Made by a program: the position numbers and the translations under genes. 43,871 nucleotides of DNA from Catajapyx aquilonaris (lineage: Eukaryota). Shown here in pieces: positions 23,724-34,777 of the stretch; position 1 is the first letter of the stretch, and every line of letters starts with the position of its first letter. The stretch is from positions 62,001 to 105,871 of the forward strand of contig KZ538187.1 of NCBI GenBank assembly GCA_000934665.2, read 5' to 3'. The notes under the pieces were generated by a model. It saw only the letters and a program-made list of their open reading frames with translations. It was not told the DNA's origin and ran no database searches.

Positions 23724-26700
23724 TTAACTGCACGAACCTTTCACACAACGGCTCAACCTGTTGTTAAATATATATCTTGTTGGGCAATTTTCAAGTCGTT
23801 TGACAAATTTCCCCTGACTCTTGTAACATCTATAGTATGATTGGTTACATTCCTCTGTGACTGGAAAGTAGCCTTGTCTGGAGCATTCAAAATCCTTGAC
23901 AGTCGTAGTTGGAATGGCGGTTGTTGTTGAAGGAAGAGTGGTTGTGGTGGTAGGAAGAGTGGTTGTGGTGGTTGGAAGAGTGGTTGTGGTCGAAGGGATC
24001 GTTGGTGTGGTGGTACTTCTGGATGCAGTGGAAGGCAATATACTAGTAGAGCTTGCAAGAGAGCGTGAACTCAGATAGGTGACAAAGGAATCTGTGCTTA
24101 AGAGAGACGGTTGGGTTGATGTTGGGGTAGGATTCGAAGCCTTGTTTGAAGTAGTGGATGAGGGAGAAGCTGTAGAAGTGGGACAAGAACCTTTGACGCA
24201 ACGGAATAAAGTGTTGTGAAATATGTAAGTACGAGGGCATTCTTTAAGATCTTTTTTGTATTGGCCGCCAGATCTAGAGCAATAGTAATATTTTTTGCTA
24301 CATTCCTCGGTGACTGGGAAGTATCCCTGCCTTGAACATTCGAAAGCCTGGGTAGTGGTAGGTAAGTTAGTAGCATATGTCGTTGACGGCGTGCTGGAGG
24401 CTGATTGAGAGGATGTGGACATAGAAGTAGATAAGGCTGAAGTAGGCAAAGCTGATGAAGATTGAGTAATGGAAGACACACGAGTCGAGCTTGCAGGAGA
24501 ACTTGAATGCATATAGGTGACAGAAAAATCAGTGGTTGAGTGAAATGGTTGGGTTATTTTTGTGGGTGAAGAAGAATGTATATTTGAAGCAGTGGATGAG
24601 GGAGACGCTGTAGAAGAAGGACAAGAACCTTTAACGCAACGCAGCAAAGTGTTGTGAAATATGTAAGTACGGGGGCATTCTTTAATTTCTCTTTTGTATG
24701 TGCCGTCAGTTCTAGTGCAATAGTAATATTTTTTGCTGCACCCATCCGTAACTGGAAAGTACCCTTGCCTTGAACACTCGAAAGCTTGGGTAGTGGTAGG
24801 TAAGTTAGCAGCAGTGGTCGTTGAAGGCGTACTGGAAGCTGAGTGCGAGGATGTACGTGGAGAAGGAGAAAAAGTTGATGCATGATATGTTGTTTTTGTT
24901 GACAATGAAGCAGATGACTGAGGGATTGCTTGTGGCGTTGTCGATACAGTAGCCGTAGAAGTGGAACCAACTAATGTAGACGTTGGCTCGGTGAAGCGGG
25001 TGCTGCTGGTTGTTGTGGTGTGAAATGATGAATGAGGAGTGGTTCCAGTGGAAGTAGAGAACCTCGTAGGAGGTGAAGTACTTGGTGAATTAGTGGAAAG
25101 CGGACTCAAAGATGTTGGACCCGTTGCACTTGTAACAATGGAGGATGATTTCGGAGAAGGCGATTGGGGGATTGTTGAAGAAGTTGTAGAAGTAGATGTT
25201 GACTGCGTAGAGGGAGGGGTCTTAGTGGTGGATAGAGTACTTGTGAGTGTGGAAGATGCCAGAGTAGGGCAAGAGCCTTTCACACAACGGGATATTTCGT
25301 GATTAAATATATACGTTTGGGGACAGGTTCTGTCATATTTAACGTATTTGCCTTGCGATTTAGCGCACAGGTAATATTTTTGACTACATTCATCAGAATA
25401 TGGAAAGTAGCCAGATCTTGTGCACTCGAATGGCTTCTTGGTGGTTGAGGGGTTTGTGGTTATTGGTGACGTGATCGCATATGTGCTTGAGGTTGGCGAG
25501 GATGATACATCAGGACTGAATTGAGAGGATGGAGAGGTAGATTCAGTAGGAGAGGTGCGTGTACTGAAGTCAGCTGATGATGAATCAGAGGAGCTGGTAC
25601 TGTAGACAGATGAGGAATATTCAAAAGGAGTTGAGCTTACTTCCGAGGATCGAGATGAGGAATCAGTTAGAGCGGACGTTGAAGATGCAGGGGGACCTGA
25701 ACTGGCCTCTGACGATGGATACGAGGAACCGGTCGGAAGGGGACTAGAAGTGTCTTCGGACGTTGAAGATGCAGGGGGACCTGAACTGGCCTCTGACGAT
25801 GGATACGAGGAACCGGTTGGAAGGGGACCGGAAGTGTCTTCGGACGTTGAAGATGGAGGGGGACCTGAACTGGGTTCCGAGGATGGGGATGAGGAGATGG
25901 AACTAAAGGCAGATGGTGATGAATCGGGGGAACCTGAACTGGCTAGTGAGGATGGAGACGAATAACCATTTGGAGAGGTGCTGGAACTGTAGGGAGAGTT
26001 GGAAGATTCAGAGGAGCCTGAATTTGCTGCTGGGTGAGTAGGTGAAGGTGCAATTGGAGATGCTCTGGAACTGTAATCATAAGATGATGATTCAGATGAC
26101 GCTGAGCTTGCCTCTGATAAAGTAGTGTAGTAATACGAAGGAGATGCACTGGAGCTGTCATCAGGAGAGGTAGACTGAGGTAAACTTGGACTGCCATATG
26201 ATGTTGGAAAGAAGGGTTCACGAGGCGAGATGCTTGAGCTGTAATCTAGGGATGAGGAACCGTTCTATGGGTAAATTCATGCTATTTGAGAATTTGTTAC
26301 GAATGATAACTTTTCAATACCTTGAGATGTGCTAATTGAAGTGTCTGAGTTTACGAAGGACGAGGCTGTAAGCAATATCATTTGCAGAAGGGTGGATGTC
26401 CCCGGGCGCATTTGCAGCTGGCCACCGTGATTACTGTGGAAAATATTTTATTGCATATCATGATTGCAGTATTTAATTTTATGTAGAATATATGACGACA
26501 GACATGAAAATTCTCTGGACACGCTGATATGACCACGCTAGATCAAGGGCCAAGGGACGTCCTAGGATGATGCATTCCGTTTACTTATCATGGGAAATCG
26601 TTGTGACGTCCCAAAACCCTGTAACAACACTCGGTCTTTGTAATATCGATATATTCCCGGTTCAAATTTGCGTCTTCCCGTTCCCTATGCAAGTAAACCG

Positions 26701-28578
26701 TTTCAATGTGGCCAAAACCTTGTATCGGTTGCTTCTATAGAAGTTACCAATAGATGTGTCTGGTAATGTGGATTTAAATGGTGCCTCTAGTTTCATTTAC
26801 GTGTTTTTGGAAGATACGGGATGTTTCCAGTTTTTTTTCTTCGGTCGTAGGCGCTGTTAATTACCTGTATTTTAGAGCTGTTCACTCAAATATTGCATTA
26901 TTTCAGATTGGAATACAAATAATGCAGTGTGTTCCAAGTGTAATATAGTACTTTTAGTTATAGGAAATTTCACTAGTAGCTGCAAATTTTTGTTGCTTAT
27001 TGCTCCCTGATCCAGGTAGCCTGTTCTATAGCAACTGCTCTATTCGACGACCTGGGTGTAATGCGGCACCTGGATCGGGGCACACCTAGCTGCTCAAAAA
27101 TTATTACTTTGGGCAAAATTAGTTACAACTCAAAGCGGCCCCGCGAACTTGGAGCACCCAAATGTATCTACGAAACTTTAGCCCATATAGTGAGGAGACT
27201 GTGAGCACACTGTGAGCTGTAACATAAAAATATATAGTGTGACCACAATGAACCTCATTGTGCAAATGAGAAGGGACACTCATCAAGTCGATGTAAAAAA
27301 ATCACTAACTTTCCACATGTGCTGCTTTAGTAGCAAGCACAATTTTAAGCCAATAATCTCCCACCCCAAGGTTGGTGCTCTCCAACAAGTCAGGGGACGT
27401 CATTATTTGGGCTGTTCACATTAGTTGTATAAACTATGTCTTGGAAACATGATTGTAATATCCAGTATGTCCAGCACTAGGGGAGACGGAGTGGCGTCGC
27501 GGTAACGTGTGCGCCCACGGATGCAGGGCCGGACTGGCCGGTAACGTCTCGGCTTGCTGAGTGAAAGGCTCCAGGTTCGATCGCTCCCCGCCTGGGGAAC
27601 TTCCTTTCACCTGCGTCAGGATTCCAGACACCTCCTTGGTGCAGGTCAGAGACCCTCCTGAGTTCGGAGGGTCTCTCACCTACACCAAGGAGGTGTCTGG
27701 CTACCTAACCTCCTGGGGAACAGCACATGACCCCTTTTCCCTCCCCCAAAATCCCTGTCCTTTCCCAATGTCTCTGTTTCCTTGCACCGGAGAATGAAGT
27801 TGAAAAAATATATAGAAAACTGATGGTGGTGTGCCACACCCCCTATAGATCCCGTAATGGGACATCACGGGGTAAAATAAATATAAAATATAAATATAAA
27901 ATATCACTTTCATGCTCTTACATTACATGCCAAAAAAATATTCTGCACCTCCTTATTTGTAATATATCATTATGTAGTAGTAGTAGTAGTACAATCATGA
28001 CTGTAATCACTGTATCATAGGTCCTCTACATCTGCGTACGCAAATCAAGCAGTCCGGTGTAAGGTCATAATATTTATTTATTTATTTATTTATTTTATTT
28101 ATTTGGGATCCCCCTTGAGACCCATTGGCCAATGCAGGGGGAGGAGATCGCCTCCATTTTTCTAGACTTTTTTTCAATCACACCGGTGCAGGGACAGGGA
28201 AGGGACATGGAGGGAGGAACAAGGTGCAGTGCATTGTCCTGTGGTGGGGGCCGTGTGCAGTCCCTCAGGGGGCCAAGCTTTAGACACCCCCCTAGGCGCG
28301 GCGCGGAAGCCCCCCACCGAACACCGCGCCTCCTCCAGGGAAAGGAAGGAAGCGGCTGTGGCCTATATAACGGTACGGTCCCGGGATTTCCCTGGGGTGA
28401 CCTTGGAAAACCACAGAAAACCAAGGTCAGGACCGCCGGCCTCCGGGACTCGAACCCAGGACCTCCCGATTAGCAGTCGGACACCATATCCACTACACCA
28501 CTACTGCTTCGGTAGGTCATAATATTACTCGTACCTGTGCGTGTAGGAAGGCAACACCATCAAAATCTGCAAAAAAAC

Positions 28579-28614
<36 letters not shown>

Positions 28615-28667
28615 TGCATAAAAATGATCTGATTTACCAAAATTATGGCCACATTAAATTCCGCCAT
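23724..28667 (-). CDS. Mucin-like peritrophin, gene D, about 898 aa: signal peptide, long Ser/Pro/Thr-rich regions and 4 basic CBM14 domains
   Basis: Minus-strand exons are 28667-28638 (MAEFNVAIIL), 28566-28535 (ILMVLPSYTHS), 26433-26321 and 26245-23724, with phases 0/2/1 and a total of 2697 nt. The last exon stays open for about 320 codons upstream of the tracked ORF start. Four FEC(S/T)R(Q/S)GYFP...CVKGSC domains are separated by S/T/P linkers. A minus-strand AATAAA lies at 23646-23651. Confidence 0.85.
25673..25872. repeat. 84-bp coding tandem repeat (about 2.4 copies) in gene D
   Basis: Units start at 25673, 25757 and 25841 (CGGACGTTGAAGATG...). The unit encodes a 28-aa repeat, SSGPPASSTSEDTSSPLPTGSSYPSSEA-like, on the minus strand. 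Confidence 0.9.
27481..27904 (+). mobile_element. tRNA-derived SINE with an internal 35-bp hairpin (intron 2 of gene D)
   Basis: A-box-like GTGGCGTCGCGG, B-box-like GGTTCGATCGC and an A/T-rich tail (AAATAAATATAAAATAT). The 3' region resembles that of the SINE at 28075-28513. No clear TSD was found. Confidence 0.7.
28075..28513 (-). mobile_element. tRNA-derived SINE with a 13-bp target-site duplication
   Basis: TSD AGGTCATAATATT at 28062-28074 and 28514-28526. The minus-strand head has A-box TGGTGTAGTGG, an anticodon-like arm CCGA-CTGCTAA-TCGG and B-box GGTTCGAGTCC. The element ends in an (AAAT)n tail. Confidence 0.9.
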
Positions 28668-28813
28668 TTGTCCCACTCTGTTCCAAAGATGATTGTATAT
28701 CCTTTTAAAACTTATGTTTGAGTGCTGTCGGTTATTAAGAATATATTCATCCGGTTTTGATGCATGCCATGTGAGTGGTAGTATGTCTGAAATGCAAGTT
28801 GTTTATTATTAAT

Positions 28814-28914
<101 letters not shown>

Positions 28915-29013
28915 GTGTAATACTTGCATGAGTCACGGAATGTTAGTACTACTGTACATGACTTGTTGTTAAGGAAGTAAGAAAATAAGGACACTTATTA
29001 ACCCACGTATTAA

Positions 29014-30548
29014 CCCCTTGAGCCCCAGCTATCTGCCATCGGCTAGATTTTCGTTTCTGTTAAACTTACATGTAGGCCTACTCACAGTCAGTGCCGGATT
29101 TATAGGGGTGCGCAGGGTGCGCGCGCCCCGGGGCCCCCTTCCAGCCCCCCCCCCCCCCAGTTTAAAATATTTTATTTTATTATTAGAAATTAATTAACTA
29201 CTTGTGACGATATTGACGAACCTCCAGCTCCAGACTTAAATGCTTAATAGTAAGCAATTCCTCATCGGAAAAGGGCGTCAAAGTAGTGTCAGGACGAGCA
29301 CTACCCGCTTTCCCCTGCCAGTGAATTATCCTTAGTGGCGTATGCAGGGGGGAGGGGGGCCCAGGCGGGTCACCCTCCCCCCCCCCCTACGAAATGTTTG
29401 AAATATCCGGAAATAGCATTAGAAATTACTAATTCATGATTTTTTGTTGGAAAAGTGCTACCAATTTCATCAAATACACACCAATTCAAATCTCCCACAT
29501 TCACCTAAGCTCGTGTGACCTTGAACCCAAAAATTTCCCTCGCCCTTTACCTCTTGTTCACTTACAGTTAGTGCTTGTATGAAATGGGCCCCACCCGAAA
29601 TTTTTCTGCCTACGCGCCTGCCTTATTGCTGTATATTTTAATGTCTACGTTAGGGTGGGGGGAGGGGGGGGGGTGGCACCCTACGAAGATTGCCCCGAGC
29701 ACTTCTGAAGATAAGTACAAGATATTTCACAAATAATAACAGATACACATACACGTTCATGCTCTACACTGTGAATGCGTTGGAAACCATTTTCACTCGT
29801 CTAGAAGTTCCTAAATTGGTTTTTAAAATTAATAACTTTAAATTCAATTACTACTGGCCAACCATCAGGCCATCGCCCAGAATTTCCATTACACGTACTT
29901 TGAAGATAAGGACAATATATTTTACAAAATAATAACAGCTACACGTACATGTTCCTTGAAAATGCTATGAATGCGTCTGGAACCATTTTCCTCCTCTAGA
30001 AGTTCCTAAATTAATTTCCAAAAAGATCGCTATAAAAAAACTCGAAATTCGAGAACTGCCGGCCAACTGTTAGGCTGATTTAATTATAAAATACATTAGA
30101 ATATACGGAATATTAACCTTGAGAACCTTGTTAGACGAAATTGCTGAAACAGTTGTACTCGCGAGAAATTAATTAATTTGGGAGATTTTCGAAGTAACAG
30201 TAAAGCCTCAGATCAGAAATAATTTATTTCTCGCAAAGTACGACGATTTCAGCAAATTCCTCTTGCACTCTTCTCAATATTGTTATTCCGTGTATTTTAA
30301 CATATTTCATAATTAAATCACCCAAGTAGTTGGCCGGAAGTACTCGAATTTCGAGTTTTACAGCTATATTTTTGGAAATTAATTTAGAGACTTCTAAACG
30401 AGTAAAATTGTTCCCGACACATTTGTAGTGTTTTCCCTGATCGGGTAAGTATAGCTGTTATTTTGTGCAAAATATCTTGTCCGTATCTTCAGAGTACTCG
30501 TAATCGGAAAACTAGGCGATGGCGGGTATAGCTTGGGGCTCAAGGGGG
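29014..30548. mobile_element. Non-autonomous piggyBac-like element (TTAA TSD) with internal fold-back arms and nested MITE fragments
   Basis: TTAA at 29010-29013 and 30549-30552. Termini CCCCTTGAGCCCCAGCTATCTGCCATCGGCTAG and CTAGGCGATGGCGGGTATAGCTTGGGGCTCAAGGGGG are imperfect inverted repeats. Internal inverted arms span about 29868-30175 and 30220-30525. There is no transposase ORF. Confidence 0.8.
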
Positions 30549-31435
30549 TTAATATTATTATTATTACACATCTGGAGTATTACAGTTTTTTTTAAATATT
30601 ATTATTCTACCGCTGTATAGACTATAGTATGGACCAAAAATATTGGTTAATATGAATGTGTTACCTGATGCTTTCAGTGCACTCTTTTCCACTAATTTTC
30701 TTGATCAGCTGGGAACGTCAATTGGCTGCTGACGTTATGGCACGCACAGAGTGACTGCCACAACAGGCATCTAAAAATCCAGCTTTGCTTACAATTTATG
30801 CAATATTCCAACTTGATTCGATAAGAGCAACATTTGGCATATATATTTGCGGTCTACACTTTTTAAAAATTGCAAGGAAAATTATGTTCCGAAACGCAAC
30901 TTGGCATGTTCACAGGAAGGCAGCACTTGACTATTTACATTAATGCGATACACAACACGTCCCTCAACTGTTATTTTTGCATATTATGCAACATTGCACG
31001 CGTATCTTGCATTTAGGAAGTGTCTGGCCTGTAACATGTGTCTCAAAAGGAGATTACCAAGAAGGTCACTACATTTTTACACTTTCATTATGTTGAGCAA
31101 CTGTGATGCAAAATTTCAACCAAAAAATAATGTGCAGTGTACTCTTGTTGTATTGTAACCTTAGAGTAGGTCCAGAAAACGATGTACATTTGATGGAATT
31201 TTTCACCACTCGTATACCGTGTAGATGTGGCCCGATGTGGCAATTACTCGCAAATACTACTGTACTAACCTTTTACACATCAGAAAACGGCCCGAAATAA
31301 TTACGACGATCTTCTTGAGGCTTATATCTGCTGCAAAAATTTCTCATAAAAATTACTGTTAATTACGCAACCACCAGAATAGCCTGTGATATGTCATCAC
31401 AACAGCACGTATAGCACAAAACACATAAAACAGTA

Positions 31436-31864
31436 CTATGGGGTTCAAATTGCTTTGGCCACTTTATCCTGGTCTTGAAGCAACCCTTCACACACACACA
31501 CACACACACATGTTATAATGTGCTATCCTTGTGAGGGTCTGGCAAAAATAAAAATTTAAAACTAACCTAACCTAACCTAACCTAACCTAACCTACAAAAT
31601 ACACACGAAATTTTGGTGACCTATTTTTTCACAGTAAAAAGGTGGTCTTGGTTTGATTTTCCGCCATCCTTGTGAGGACTGTGTACCTTATGAAGGCCTG
31701 AAAAAAGTCCTCGTAAGGTTTTCGGTCCTCACAAGGATAGGAAACAAGCGAAAAAAATCCTCACAAGGATAGCAATGTCTGATCACACCTGCTCAACGTG
31801 GGGCCTGTGAGAAGGGTTGCTTCAAGACCAGGATAAAGTGGCCAAAACAATTTGAGCCCCACAG
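31436..31864. mobile_element. Tc1/mariner-type MITE (TA TSD, about 52-bp TIRs) containing a nested element
   Basis: TA|CTATGGGGTTCAAATTGCTTTGGCCACTTTATCCTGGTCTTGAAGCAACCCTTC on the left. Its near-perfect reverse complement ends ...TTTGAGCCCCACAG|TA at 31864. Confidence 0.85.
31562..31594. repeat. Interstitial (CCTAA)n / (TTAGG)n telomere-type repeat
   Basis: CTAA(CCTAA)5CCTA. TTAGG is the ancestral arthropod telomeric repeat. Confidence 0.9.
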
Positions 31865-32699
31865 TAATGGTGGTCAGGCAATTTTATAAATGCAACTGAT
31901 AACTAAACCGGAACCCCGTCTTCTGTGATGGAAATGTGGAAGACGTCATCAGCAGATGTTGCGACTCAGCACCATGTTTGATACACACATCAGGCTCCAA
32001 ATTATGCTGCTGAGCCATATTATAAGCCAGTGTTTGCAGTTCCTTCGCCACATGTGGGCTCTTTTGACATGATTCCGTAAAAATAATGTCCCAAATACAT
32101 TCAAATCTCTGTATATTAGCCAGTTTCTGAAAATAAAATTGTCATGCATGTTGTTCGTGTTGTTGCAACATATGGTATTCCAAGCTAGTTCCGCATGTTT
32201 CTTTCAAAACATATATGTTGATATCCCACTTTCTAATATTAAAATCTTATTCGCGATAAGTCATGAAATCAATTTTTACTATTAAAAGAAACTACTTTAG
32301 TACGAAAAAATTTGTACCAGAAGGCACCTCGATTGGCATCTTACAAGAGAAGCCCGCGACCTCGGGTCAACGGAATTGCTAAAAATCGCTCAGTGGGTAA
32401 ATAGCATGTGTAGAAGTCACTGGTGAACGTAAAAAAGATGCATTTCTTTATCTGTTTTTGTTTTTGGCTGCACATTCTGATGAATTTCAGTGTCCTGTGG
32501 CACATGCGCTATAGTGTAATTACTGCAATAATCTCAACACAAGAGACGGGCAATTAAGAGTGGATCCTCATCCCCCTATTTCATATGATGTGCTTTTCTC
32601 GTTGAGTATAGGGGTCTCTTATGGACTGCGTTAAAACACTGTCACATTACCTGAAGGCTTGTACAGTACCTACTCCTGCGTATGCAAAACTGCATGAAG

Positions 32700-33160
32700 T
32701 GGAAAACCAAATGCAAATAATAATTATACATAGCGATTTCTTGATGCTCAACAATGTAAAACTTCATTCTTGTGACTATGTCGTCAGTATGTGTGACCAA
32801 AATTTGCAAAAGACGGGCACTAACAATACTTGATCTCCCTTATATACTTTTATAGCTCAAAAATATGGAGACGATTTTGCACAATGTACATAACTGGGAC
32901 TGGACTATAGTCAACACTCGACTATAGTTTTGATTTCCGCATGCCATGACGTCCTGACAAAGGAAAGTAGGCCAACTTAGGCAGGCCTATAATTATCCCT
33001 GGTAATTTTTGTAGTTTGCAAATTTTTTGATTTATTCAGTGTCAAATTCCCAGACCCGGAAAAGTGCAGCAAGAACATGCATACTTCACATATGTTTCTT
33101 TACTGAGGCAAGTGGAGGTGTTTTCGATGCGGAAATGACATTACCATGAAATGCATTGCG
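32700..33160 (+). pseudogene. Highly decayed CBM14 gene fragment
   Basis: 33044-33070 (KFPDPEKCS) is identical over 27 nt to 19986-20012 of the other pseudogene. Weaker CBM14-like remnants lie upstream (RFLDAQQCKTSFL*, VTKICK) and downstream (HIC...FRCGND). Confidence 0.5.
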
Positions 33161-34459
33161 TCTCTTAACAGGTCATGGAAAATTCACCGTATTAATTTGC
33201 ATTTAGTTACTTGAGTACCGTACGATACGTGCAGGTTAATATGCTGCCATTTCTTCCGAAATTTTCAGCAACGGACCATTGACGGTAATCACTAATGAAC
33301 CAAATGGCTCACATATTTATAGCTTAAACATTTAGCCTTCTTGATTAAAATTATTATATTTTCAGAGTTTTAATATAAATTGCAACTCCTAATGCGCTCG
33401 CAATCGCGAGAGAAGGGACGTATACCTGTAAGGATATTTTGTTATCTCGCCGTTGTAGCCCATTATCTTGGCTTATTGGAGAGAAATATCTACTATTATT
33501 TTTATTACTCATTTCATGGGAGCACATTGGTGCAAACATTTTAAATGTTGCATAAACGTGAATGTTTAAACTCTAGAGTCTATACATTTAGGATTTAGCC
33601 ATAAGCAGCCAAAATTGTTGGAAATTTTGAGTATTTAACAGGATTCCGTTGCATTAGACTTAGACAGAAATTACTGTACACTAAAATTGTATACGGTATT
33701 GTAAATCTTGACAGAACAAATAAAAGGTAATAACAAGTTTTCGCTACGTTCAGAGTCCGTTAATTACATGTTTAATTCCATTTAAGAAAATAGTTCAAGC
33801 ATATTTGCCTCTAATACCAATTTTTCTTTGTTAAACTATTTTATTTGCCGTATGTTCCAACTGATATGCCCGCAGCTGCAGTCACTTTGAGACCTTTACT
33901 GTTAACAATTTTTAGAGGTATTGATTTGAATTAATATAATTTTTTACTTCAACAAGTAGGACATGAGGACAATGAGGTTTATGAATAACTGGTTACAATA
34001 TTCGAGGTATCGTCGCGTCCACGCTTCTCTCGTCTGTGGCAAATTTTCTTACAGTAGTATAAGTTGCGCTTTATTAGCATAATTTGCGCATAATTATATT
34101 TGCATGTGCCTCCAAAATAGCTTGTTAAACACCCTCTGCTCCTTCTACCCACTCTTCCAAGAGTGCCAACAACTTAACTCGTCTTTGGTGCATTGTAACA
34201 CCTAAGAAAGCGCCCGAGCTTGAGCTTTTTCTGTGAGAAACTCTGTGAGAAAATTGTCACGGAAGAGAACATACGTTCGCGGTTACCTCTACATTTGGGT
34301 AAGGTCCAGTTAACCATACACGTACTTAGCTGAACACTGACTAGACAAATTAAATTGTTCAAATCATAAAAATGTTACGAAATTAATAACAATAATCATC
34401 ATCATCATCGGGGTAGTGCTTGACCTCTTTTTAGAGGCATGTTGCGCTGACCTTTATTT

Positions 34460-34777
34460 ATAGGCTACCGTTGTAGTAGGCTACGATACATACTGGAACC
34501 TCGAACGAATCGCCCTGGTCCAAGGGCAGGGTGCCTGGGAGGGGATGTGCAAAGTGCAAGTGCAGTGTCTGAATATGGTACATTTTGTGAACTCCCCCGG
34601 GTGGGTTAGTCTGTCGGAGATTCCCCCCGAGACGAAGCCAGAGATGACCCATCTCTGCATGAGATGAAGGGGGGGGGGGNNNNNNNNNNNNNNNNNNNNN
34701 NGGGGGGGGGGGGAAGAGAGACCCCGAGCTGGGGGACCATTCCATCCGTGGGCGCATACGTTACCGCACTTCACCTT
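34460..34777 (-). mobile_element. Probable SINE related at its 5' head to the 27481 element; spans an assembly gap
   Basis: Minus-strand GCGGTAACGTATGCGCCCACGGATG (34767-34743) matches 27499-27523 at 24 of 25 nt. The body is GC-rich. The 3' boundary is approximate. Confidence 0.5.
34680..34701. other. Assembly gap (22 N) inside a poly-G tract
   Basis: A run of N flanked by G homopolymers. Confidence 0.99.

Noticed and set aside
23753..26221. Antisense and alternative-frame ORFs over gene D (Val-rich, acidic and Leu-rich)
   Set aside because: Shadows of the repetitive Ser/Thr/Pro codons of gene D.
26246..26264. Alternative acceptor at 26265 for the last exon of gene D
   Set aside because: It is phase 0 while the upstream donor at 26320 is phase 1, giving an early stop. 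The TCCCTAG acceptor at 26246 keeps the frame.
27005..27079. Short inverted repeat CCCTGATCCAGGT / ACCTGGATCGGGG
   Set aside because: Only about 13 bp with a mismatch and no TSD, too little to call an element.
28440..28513. tRNA-Ser(GCT)-like gene on the minus strand
   Set aside because: It has A and B boxes and an anticodon-like arm, but no paired acceptor stem or long variable arm. It continues into a SINE body and tail bounded by a TSD.
31870..32110. Possible third decayed CBM14 copy on the minus strand (TCGEG...LAYN...VC)
   Set aside because: Needs several frameshifts and has too few conserved cysteines to separate from chance.
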